Source: the human T2T-CHM13v2.0 reference genome, Homo sapiens
DNA length: 64,000 bases
NCBI RefSeq assembly: GCF_009914755.1
Contig: NC_060942.1
Direction: 5' to 3' (one strand)
In this document: piece after piece, positions 54,101 to 64,000 of the stretch
Layout of the letters: each line of letters starts with the position of its first letter
Numbering within the stretch: position 1 is the stretch's first letter
Position numbers and translations under genes: made by a program
Notes under the pieces: generated by a model
Seen by the model: the letters and a program-made list of their open reading frames with translations, nothing else
Databases searched by the model: none
What the model was told of the DNA's origin: nothing

Positions 54101-56366
54101 TGCAAGAGTATATTTGCCTAGCCTTGAGATTTTCGTTGGAAACGGGATTGTCTTCAGAGAAAATCTAGACAGAAGCATTCTCAGAAACTTCTTTGAGATG
54201 TTTGCATTCAAGTCACAGAGTAGAACATTCCCTTTGGTAGAGCAGGTTTGAAACACTCTTTTTTTAGTATATGGAAGTGGACATTTGGAGCGCTTTCAGG
54301 CCTACGTTGGAAAAGGAAATATCTTCCCATAACAACTAGACAGAAGCATTCTCAGAAACTAGTTTCTGATGTGTGTCCTCAACTAACACAGTTGTACATT
54401 ACTTTAGACAGAACAGTTTTGAAACACTCTTTTTGTGGAATCTGCAAGTGGATATTGGGCTAGATTTGAGGATTTCGTTGGAAACGGGATTACATATAAA
54501 AAGCAGTCAGCAGCATTCTCAGAAAGTTCTTTGTGATGATTGCATTCAAGTCACAGAATTGAACATTCCCTTTCACAGAGCAGGTTTGAAACACTCTTTT
54601 TGTAATGTGTGTAAGTGGACATTTGGAGCGCTTTCCGGCCTAAGGTGAAAAAGGACATATCTTACCATAAAAACCAGACAGAAGCATTCTCAGAAACTTA
54701 CTCGTGATGTGTGTCCTCAACTAAAGGAGTAGAACCTTTCTATTCATAGAGAAGTTTTGAAACGCTCTTTTTGTGGAATCTCCAAGTGGATATTTGGCTA
54801 GTTTTGAGGATTTCGTTGGAAGCGGGAATTCATACAAATTGCAGACTGCAGCGTTCTGAGAAACATAGTTGTGATGTTTGTATTCAGGACACAGAGTTGA
54901 ACATTCCCTATCATAGAGCAGGTTTGAATCACTCCTTTTGTAGTATCTGGAAGTGGACATTTGGAGCGCTTTCAGGCCTATGTTGGAAAAGGAAATATCT
55001 TCCCATAACAACTAGACAGAAGCATTCTCAGAAACTTATTTGAGATGTGTGTACTCAACTAAGAGAATTGAACCACCGTTTTGAAGGAGCAGTTTTGAAA
55101 CACTCTTTTTCTGGAATCTGCAAGTGGATATTTGGCTAGCTTTGGGGATTTCGCTGGAAGCGGGAATACATATAAAAAGCACACAGCAGCGTTCTGAGAA
55201 ACTGCTTTCTGATGTTTGCATTCAAGTCAAAAGTTGAACACTCCCTTTCATAGAGCAGTCTTGAAACACCCCTTTTGTAGTATCTGGAACTGGACATTTG
55301 GAGCGCTTTCAGGGCTAAGGTGAAAAAGGAAATATCTTCCCATAAAAACTGGACAGAAGCATTCTCAGAAACTTGTTTATGCTGTATCTACTCTACTAAC
55401 AAAGTTGAACCTTTCTTTTGATAGAGCAGTTTTGAAATGCTCTTTTTGTGGAATCTGCAAGTGGATATTTGGCTAGTTTTGAGGATTTCGTTGGAAGCTG
55501 GAATTCATGCAAATTGCAGACTGCAGCGTTCTGAGAAACATCTTTGTGATGTTTGTATTCAGGACACAGAGTTGAACTTTCCCTATCATAGAGCAGGTTG
55601 GAATCACTCCTTTTGCAGTATCTGGAAGTGGACATTTGGAGCGCTTTCAGGCCTATTTTGGAAAGGGAAATATCTTCCCGTAACAACTAGGCAGAAGCAT
55701 TCTCTGAAACTTATTTGAGATGTGTGTACTCAACTAAGAGAATTGAACCACCGTTTTGAAGGAGCAGTTTTGAAACACTCTTTTTCTGGAATCTGCTAGA
55801 GGATATTTGCCTAGCTTTGAGGATTTCGTTGGAAACGGGATTGTCTTCAGATCAAATCTAGACAGAAGCATTCTCAGAAACTTCTTTGGGATGTTTGTAT
55901 TCAAGTCACAGAGTAGAACATTCCCTTTGGTAGAGCAGGTTTGAAACACTCTTTTTTTAGTATATGGAAGTGGACATTTGGAGCGCTTTCAGGCCTACGT
56001 TGGAAAAGGAAATATCTTCCCATAACAACTAGACAGAAGCATTCTCAGAAACTAGTTTCTGATGTGTGTCCTCAACTAACACAGTTGAACTTTTCTTTAG
56101 ACAGAACAGTTTTGAAACACTCTTTTTGTGGAATCTGCAAGTGGATATTTGGCTAGATTTGAGGATTTCGTTGGAAACGGGATTACATATAAAAAGCAGA
56201 CAGGAGCATTCTCAGAAAGTTCTTTCTGATGATTGCATTCAAGTCACAGAATTGAACATTCCCTTTCACAGAGCAGGTTTGAAACACTCTTTTTGTAGTG
56301 TGTGTAAGTGGACATTTGGAGCGCTTTCTGGCCTAAGGTGAACAAGGAAATATCTTCCCATAAAAA
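42101..56366 (+). repeat. Tandem duplication of a 7133 bp super-unit (4 x 8-mer + 10-mer)
   Basis: Private variants recur at offset 7133: gcatcctcag ~42115/49248, tcttgttgta ~43895/51028, aaacggcatt ~44293/51426, gacaggagcgtt ~45337/52470, cagggctatg ~46484/53617, gagattttcg ~46996/54129. Variant ORFs are paired at the same offset. Confidence 0.93.
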
Positions 56367-59300
56367 CTAGACAGAAGCATTCTCAGAAACTTACTCGTGA
56401 TGTGTGTCCTCAACTAAAGGAGTAGAACCTTTCTATTCATAGAGAAGTTTTGAAATGCTCTTTTTGTGGAATCTCCAAGTGGATATTTGGCTAGTTTTGA
56501 GGATTTCGTTGGAAGCGGGAATTCATACAAATTGCAGACTGCAGCGTTCTGAGAAACATCTTTGTGATGTTTGTATTCAGGACACAGAGATGAACATTCC
56601 CTATCAGAGAACATGTTGGAATCACTCCTTTTGTAGTATCTGGAAGTGGACATTTGGAGCGCTTTCAGGCCTATGTTGAAAAAGGAAATATCTTCCCATA
56701 ACAACTAGACACAAGCATTCTCAGAAACTTGTTTGTGATGTGTGCCCTCTACTGACAGAGTTGAACCTTTCTTTTCATAGAGCAGTTTTGAAACACTCTT
56801 TTTGTAGAATCTGCAAGAGGATATTTGCATAGCTTTGAGGATTTCGTGGGAAACGGGATTGTCTTCAGGTAAAATCTAGACAGAAGCATTCTCAGAAACT
56901 TCTTTGGGATGTTTGCATTCAAGTCACAGAGTAGAACATTCCCTTTGGTAGAGCAGGTTTGAAACACTCTTTTTGTAGTATCTGGAAGTGGACATTTGGA
57001 GCACTTTCAGGCCCATGTTGGAAAGGGAAATATCTTCCCGTAACAACTAGGCAGAAGCATTCTCAGAAACTTATTTGAGATGTGTGGACTCAACTAAGAG
57101 AATTGAACCACCGTTTTGAAGGAGCAGTTTTGAAACACTCTTTGTCTGGAATCTGCAAGAGTATATTTGCCTAGCCTTGAGGATTTCGTTGGAAACGGGA
57201 TTGTCTTCAGATATAATCTAGACAGAAGCATTCTCAGAAACTTCTTTGGGATGTTTGCATTCAAGTCACAGAGTAGAACATTCCCTTTGGTAGAGCAGGT
57301 TTGAAACACTCTTTTTTTAGTATATGGAAGTGGACATTTGGAGCGCTTTCAGGCCTACGTTGGAAAAGGAAATATCTTCCCATAACAACTAGACAGAAGC
57401 AATCTCAGAAACTAGTTTCTGATGTGTGTCCACAACTAACACAGTTGTATATTTCTTTAGACAGAACAGTTTTGAAACACTCTTTTTGTGGAATCTGCAA
57501 GTGGATATTTGGCTAGATTTGAGGATTTCGTTGGAAACGGGATTACATATAAAAAGCAGTCAGCAGCATTCTCAGAAAGTTCTTTGTGATGATTGCATTC
57601 AAGTCACAGAATTGAACATTCCCTTTCACAGAGCAGGTTTGAAACACTCTTTTTGTAGTGTGTGGAAGTGGACATTTGGAGCGCTTTCCGGCCTAAGGTG
57701 AAAAAGGAAATATCTTCCCATAAAAACTAGACAGAAGCATTCTCAGAAACTTACTCGTGATGTGTGTCCTCAACTAAAGGAGTAGAACCTTTCTTTTCAT
57801 AGAGAAGTTTTGAAACGCTCTTTTTGTGGAATCTGCAAGTGGATATTTGGCTAGTTTTGAGGATTTCGTTGGAAGCGGGAATTCATACACATTGCAGACT
57901 GCAGCGTTCTGAGAAACAACTTTGTGATGTTTGTATTCAGGACACAGAGTTGAACATTCCCTATCATAGAGCAGGTTTGAATCACTCCTTTTGTAGTATC
58001 TGGAAGTGGACATTTGGAGCGCTTTCAGGCCTATGTTGGAAAAGGAAATATCTTCCCATAACAACTAGACAGAAGCATTCTCAGAAACTTATTTGAGATG
58101 TGTGTACTCAACTAAGAGAATTGAACCACCGTTTTGAAGGAGCAGTTTTGAAACACTGTTTTCTGGAATCTGCAAGTGGATATTTGGCTAGCTTTGGGGA
58201 TTTCGCTGGAAGCGGGAATACATATAAAAAGCACACAGCAGCGTTCTGAGAAACTGCTTTCTGATGTTTGCATTCAAGTCAAAAGTTGAACACTCCCTTT
58301 CATAGAGCAGTCTTGAAACACCCCTTTTGTAGTATCTGGAACTGGACATTTGGAGCGCTTTCAGGGCTAAGGTGAAAAAGGAAATACCTTCCCATAAAAA
58401 CTGGACAGAAGCATTCTCAGAAACTTGTTTATGCTGTATCTACTCTACTAACAAAGTTGAACCTTTCTTTTGATAGAGCAGTTTTGAAATGCTCTTTTTG
58501 TGGAATCTGCAAGTGGATATTTGGCTAGTTTTGAGGATTTCGTTGGAAGCTGGAATTCATACAAATTGCAGACTGCAGCGTTCTGAGAAACATCTTTGTG
58601 ATGTTTGTATTCAGGACACAGAGTTGAACATTCCCTATCATAGAGCAGGTTGGAATCACTCTTTTTGCAGTATCTGGAAGTGGACATTTGGAGCGCTTTC
58701 AGGCCTATTTTGGAAAGGGAAATATCTTCCCGTAACAACTAGGCAGAAGCATTCTCAGAAACTTATTTGAGATGTGTGTACTCAACTAAGAGAATTGAAC
58801 CACCGTTTTGAAGGAGCAGTTTTGAAACACTCTTTTTCTGGAATCTGCTAGAGGATATTTGCCTAGCTTTGAGGATTTCGTTGGAAACGGGATTGTCTTC
58901 AGATCAAATCTAGACAGAAGCATTCTCAGAAACTTCTTTGGGATGTTTGTATTCAAGTCACAGAGTAGAACATTCCCTTTGGTAGAGCAGGTTTGAAACA
59001 CTCTTTTTTTAGTATATGGAAGTGGACATTTGGAGCGCTTTCAGGCCTACGTTGGAAAAGGAAATATCTTCCCATAACAACTAGACAGAAGCATTCTCAG
59101 AAACTAGTTTCTGATGTGTGTCCTCAACTAACACAGTTGAACTTTTCTTTAGACAGAAGAGTTTTGAAACACTCTTTTTGTGGAATCTGCAAGTGGATAT
59201 TTGGCTAGATTTGAGGATGTCGTTGGAAACGGGATTACATATAAAAAGCAGTCAGCAGCATTCTCAGAAAGTTCTTTGTGATGATTGCATTCAAGTCACA

Positions 59301-62300
59301 GAATTGAACATTCCCTTTCACAGAGCAGGTTTGAAACACTCTTTTTGTAGTGTGTGTAAGTGGACATTTGGAGCGCTTTCCGGCCTAAGGTGAAAAAGGA
59401 AATATCTTCCCATAAAAACTAGACAGAAGCATTCTCAGAAACTTACTCGTGATGTGTGTCCTCAACTAAAGGAGTAGAACCTTTCTATTCATAGAGAAGT
59501 TTTGAAACGCTCTTTTTGTGGAATCTCCAAGTGGATATTTGGCAAGTTTTGAGGATTTCGTTGGAAGCGGGAATTCATACAAATTGCAGACTGCAGCGTT
59601 CTGAGAAACATCTTTGTGATGTTTGTATTCAGGACACAGAGATGAACATTCCCTATCATAGAGCAGGTTGGAATCACTCCTTTTGTAGTATCTGGAAGTG
59701 GACATTTGGAGCGCTTTCAGGCCTATGTTGAAAAAGGAAATATCTTCCCATAACAACTAGACACAAGCATTCTCAGAAACTTGTTTGTGATGTGTGCCCT
59801 CTACTGACAGAGTTGAACCTTTCTTTTCATAGAGCAGTTTTGAAACACTCTTTTTGTAGAATCCGCAAGAGGATATTTGCATAGCTTTGAGGATTTCGTG
59901 GGAAACGGGATTGTCTTCAGGTAAAATCTAGACAGAAGCATTCTCAGAAACTTCTTTGGGATGTTTGCATTCAAGTCACAGAGTAGAACATTCCCTTTGG
60001 TAGAGTAGGTTTGAAACACTCTTTTTGTAGTATCTGGAAGTGGACATTTGGAGCGCTTTCAGGCCCATGTTGGAAAGGGAAATATCTTCCCGTAACAACT
60101 AGGCAGAAGCATTCTCAGAAACGTATTTGAGATGTGTGGACTCAACGAAGAGAATTGAACCACCGTTTTGAAGGAGCAGTTTTGAAACACTCTTTTTCTG
60201 GAATCTGCAAGAGTATATTTGCCTAGCCTTGAGGATTTCGTTGGAAACGGGATTGTCTTCAGAGAAAATCTAGACAGAAGCATTCTCAGAAACTTCTTTG
60301 GGATGTTTGCATTCAAGTCACAGAGTAGAACATTCCCTTTGGTAGAGCAGGTTTGAAACACTCTTTTTTTAGTATATGGAAGTGGACATTTGGAGCGCTT
60401 TCAGGCCTACGTTGGAAAAGGAAATATCTTCCCATAACAACTAGACAGAAGCATTCTCAGAAACTAGTTTCTGATGTGTGTCCTCAACTAACACAGTTGA
60501 ACTTTTCTTTAGACAGAACAGTTTTGAAACACTCTTTTTGTGGAATCTGCAAGTGGATATTGGGCTAGATTTGAGGATTTCGTTGGAAACGGGATTACAT
60601 ATAAAAAGCAGACAGCAGCATTCTCAGAAAGTTCTTTGTGATGATTGCATTCAAGTCACAGAATTGAACATTCCCTTTCACAGAGCAGGTTTGAAACACT
60701 CTTTTTGTAGTGTGTGTAAGTGGACATTTGGAGCGTTTTCCGGCCTAAGGTGAAAGAGGAAATATCTTCCCATAAAAACTAGACAGAAGCATTCTCAGAA
60801 ACTTACTCGTGATGTGTGTCCTCAACTAAAGGAGTAGAACCTTTCTATTCATAGAGAAGTTTTGAAACGCTCTTTTTGTGGAATCTCCAAGTGGATATTT
60901 GGCTAGTTTTGAGGATTTCGTTGGAAGCGGGAATTCATACAAATTGCAGACTGCAGCGTTCTGAGAAACATCTTTGTGATGTTTGTATTCAGGACAGAGA
61001 GATGAACATTCCCTATCATAGAGCATGTTGGAATCACTCCTTTTGTAGTATCTGGAAGTGGACATTTGGAGCGCTTTCAGGCCTATGTTGAAAAAGGAAA
61101 TATCTTCCCATAACAACTAGACACAAGCATTCTCAGAAACTTGCTTGTGATGTGTGCCCTCTACTGACAGAGTTGAACCTTTCTTTTCATAGAGCAGTTT
61201 TGAAACACTCTTTTTGTAGAATCCGCAAGAGGATATTTGCATAGCTTTGAGGATTTCGTGGGAAACGGGATTGTCTTCAGGTAAAATCTAGACAGAAGCA
61301 TTCTCAGAAACTTCTTTGGGATGTTTGCATTCAAGTCACAGAGTAGAACATTCCCTTTGGTAGAGCAGGTTTGAAACACTCTTTTTGTAGTATCTGGAAG
61401 TGGACATTTGGAGCGCTTTCAGGCCCATGTTGGAAAGGGAAATATCTTCCCGTAACAACTAGGCAGAAGCATTCTCAGAAACTTATTTGAGATGTGTGTA
61501 CTCAACTAAGAGAATTGAACCACCGTTTTGAAGGAGCAGTTTTGAAACACTCTTTTTCTGGAATCTGCAAGAGTATATTTGCCTAGCCTTGAGGATTTCG
61601 TTGGAAACGGGATTGTCTTCAGATAAAATCTAGACAGAAGCATTCTCAGAAACTTCTTTGGGATGTTTGCATTCAAGTCACAGAGTAGAACATTCCCTTT
61701 GGTAGAGCAGGTTTGAAACACTCTTTTTTTAGTATATGGAAGTGGACATTTGGAGCGCTTTCAGGCCTACGTTGGAAAAGGAAATATCTTCCCATAACAA
61801 CTAGACAGAAGCATTCTCAGAAACTAGTTTCTGATGTGTGTCCTCAACTAACACAGTTGAACTTTTCTTTAGACAGAACAGTTTTGAAACACTCTTTTTG
61901 TGGAATCTGCAAGTGGATATTGGGCTAGATTTGAGGATTTCGTTGGAAACGGGATTACATATAAAAAGCAGACAGCAGCATTCTCAGAAAGTTCTTTGTG
62001 ATGATTGCATTCAAGTCACAGAATTGAACATTCCCTTTCACAGAGCAGGTTTGAAACACTCTTTTTGTAGTGTGTGTAAGTGGACATTTGGAGCGCTTTC
62101 CGGCCTAAGGTGAAAAAAGAAATATCTTCCCATAAAAACTAGACAGAAGCATCCTCAGAAACTTACTCGTGATGTGTTTCCTCAACTAAAGGAGTAGAAC
62201 CTTTCTATTCATAGAGAAGTTTTGAAACGCTCTTTTTGTGGAATCTCCAAGTGGATATTTGGATAGTTTTGAGGATTTCGTTGGAAGCGGGAATTCATAC

Positions 62301-64000
62301 AAATTGCAGACTGCAGCGTTCTGAGAAACATCTTTGTGATGTTTGTATTCAGGACACAGAGATGAACATTCCCTATCATAGAGCAGGTTGGAATCACTCC
62401 TTTTGTAGTATCTGGAAGTGGACATTTGGAGCGCTTTCAGGCCTATGTTGAAAAAGGAAATATCTTCCCATAACAACTAGACACAAGCATTCTCAGAAAC
62501 TTGTTTGTGATGTGTGCCCTCTACTGACAGAGTTGAACCTTTCTTTTCATAGAGCAGTTTTGAAACACTCTTTTTGTAGAATCCGCAAGAGGATATTTGC
62601 ATAGCTTTGAAGATTTCGTGGGAAGCGGGATTGTCTTCAGGTAAAATCTAGACAGAAGCATTCTCAGAACCTTCTTTGGGATGTTTGCATTCAAGTCACA
62701 GAGTAGAACATTCCCTTTGGTAGAGCAGGTTTGAAACACTCTTTTTGTAGTATCTGGAAGTGGACATTTGGAGCGCTTTCAGGCCCATGTTGGAAAGGGA
62801 AATATCTTCCCGTAACAACTAGGCAGAAGCATTCTCAGAAACTTATTTGAGATGTGTGGACTCAACTAAGAGAATTGAACCACCGTTTTGAAGGAGCAGT
62901 TTTGAAACACTCTTTTTCTGGAATCTGCAAGAGTATATTTGCCTAGCCTTGAGGATTTCGTTGGAAACGGGATTGTCTTCAGATAAAATCTAGACAGAAG
63001 CATTCTCAGAAACTTCTTTGGGATGTTTGCATTCAAGTCACAGAGTAGAACATTCCCTTTGGTAGAGCAGGTTTGAAACACTCTTTTTTTAGTATATGGA
63101 AGTGGACATTTGGAGCGCTTTCAGGCCTACGTTGGAAAAGGAAATATCTTCCCATAACAACTAGACAGAAGCATTCTCAGAAACTAGTTTCTGATGTGTG
63201 TCCTCAACTAACACAGTTGTACATTTCTTTAGACAGAACAGTTTTGAAACACTCTTTTTGTGGAATCTGCAAGTGGATATTGGGCTAGATTTGAGGATTT
63301 CGTTGGAAACGGGATTACATATAAAAAGCAGTAAGCAGCATTCTCAGAAAGTTCTTTGTGATGATTGCATTCAAGTCACAGAATTGAACATTCCCTTTCA
63401 CAGAGCAGGTTTGAAACACTCTTTTTGTAGTGTGTGTAAGTGGACATTTGGAGCGCTTTCCGGCCTAAGGTGAAAAAGGAAATATTTTCCCATAAAAACT
63501 AGACAGAAGCATTCTCAGAAACTTACTCGTGATGTGTGTCCTCAACTAAAGGAGTAGAACCTTTCTATTCATAGAGAAGTTTTGAAACGCTCTTTTTGTG
63601 GAATCTCCAAGTGGATATTTGGCTAGTGTTGAGGATTTCGTTGGAAGCGGGAATTCATACAAATTGCAGACTGCAGCGTTCTGAGAAACATCTTTGTGAT
63701 GTTTGTATTCAGGACACAGAGATGAACATTCCCTATCATAGAGCATGTTGGAATCACTCCTTTTGTAGTATCTGGAAGTGGACATTTGGAGCGCTTTCAG
63801 GCCTATGTTGAAAAAGGAAATATCTTCCCATAGCAACTAGACACAAGCATTCTCAGAAACTTGTTTGTGATGTGTGCCCTCTACTGACAGAGTTGAACCT
63901 TTCTTTTCATAGAGCAGTTTTGAAACACTCTTTTTGTAGAATCTGCAAGAGGATATTTGCATAGCTTTGAGGATTTCGTGGGAAACGGGATTGTCTTCAG
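56367..64000 (+). repeat. 8-mer, 10-mer (1692 bp), three 8-mers and a partial unit
   Basis: Unit starts at 56367, 57727, 59419, 60779, 62139, 63499; 1-bp deletion near 58158 (aaacactgttttctgg). Confidence 0.88.

Larger units (their letters stand above)
1..64000 (+). repeat. Alpha-satellite higher-order repeat (HOR) array, dimeric SF2-type; probably human chr18 D18Z1
   Basis: Head-to-tail ~167-171 bp monomers with alphoid motifs (cattctcagaaact, gtttgaaacactctttttgtag, ggaaatatcttcccata). CENP-B box (tttcgttggaaRcggga) sits in alternate monomers. Periods are 1360 and 2035 bp, with an EcoRI site in each A/F dimer giving 675 + 1360 bp spacing. The alpha-satellite call is secure; the D18Z1 assignment is from recalled HOR sizes (about 0.7 confidence). 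Confidence 0.98.

Noticed and set aside
48-63836. Hundreds of recurring 60-125 aa ORFs on both strands (MLWEDISF..., MFQTCSTK..., MWNLQVDI...)
   Set aside because: These are translations of alpha-satellite monomers. They recur with the HOR period, overlap in several frames, mostly start at TTG/GTG, and gain or lose stops at random. There is no gene context.
1-64000. CRISPR-like repeat/spacer appearance (cattctcagaaact every ~170 bp)
   Set aside because: The intervening sequences are homologous to each other rather than unique spacers, the period is far too long, and there are no cas genes.
1-64000. Transposable element insertion or inversion within the array
   Set aside because: Unit lengths tile the window exactly, and all monomers and CENP-B boxes are on the same strand. 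No poly-A tail, target-site duplication or foreign sequence was seen.
1-64000. Alternative assignment to other SF2 arrays with a 1.36 kb unit (e.g. chr20, chr14/22)
   Set aside because: The 12-mer parent with an 8-mer deletion derivative and 675/1360 bp EcoRI spacing fits recalled chr18 D18Z1 better. Not formally excluded without alignment.

Overview
The whole 64 kb window is one uninterrupted, single-orientation array of primate centromeric alpha-satellite DNA (about 377 monomers of ~170 bp). It has a CENP-B box position in every second monomer, i.e. a dimeric organisation typical of suprachromosomal family 2. There are no genes: the ORF track only reflects the repeat periodicity. By eye the array resolves into six dimer types, named by their start motif: A (cttactcgtgatg, 338 bp), B (cttgtttgtgatg, 342), C (cttatttgagatg...cagataaaatc, 342), D (ctagtttctgatg, 338), E (cttatttgagatg...ttcgctggaagc, 337) and F (cttgtttatgctg, 338). 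These form 27 8-mers (ABCD, 1360 bp), 6 12-mers (AEFBCD, 2035 bp), 6 10-mers (AEFCD, 1693 bp, one of 1692), one odd 10-mer (FBC'C''D, 1701 bp), one 16-mer (AEFBEFCD, 2710 bp) and a partial final unit. The unit lengths sum exactly to 63498. The 12-mer/8-mer structure with 675 and 1360 bp EcoRI spacing best fits human chromosome 18 D18Z1 (inference from recall, not aligned). What is interesting is the array's evolutionary record: nested kb-scale duplications (offsets 2720, 7133, 9510, 10186, 11203/12904, 17319, 25468), reconstructable deletion junctions, a short conversion tract, and a 10-mer lineage that always carries a disrupted CENP-B box. I found no new protein or RNA system.
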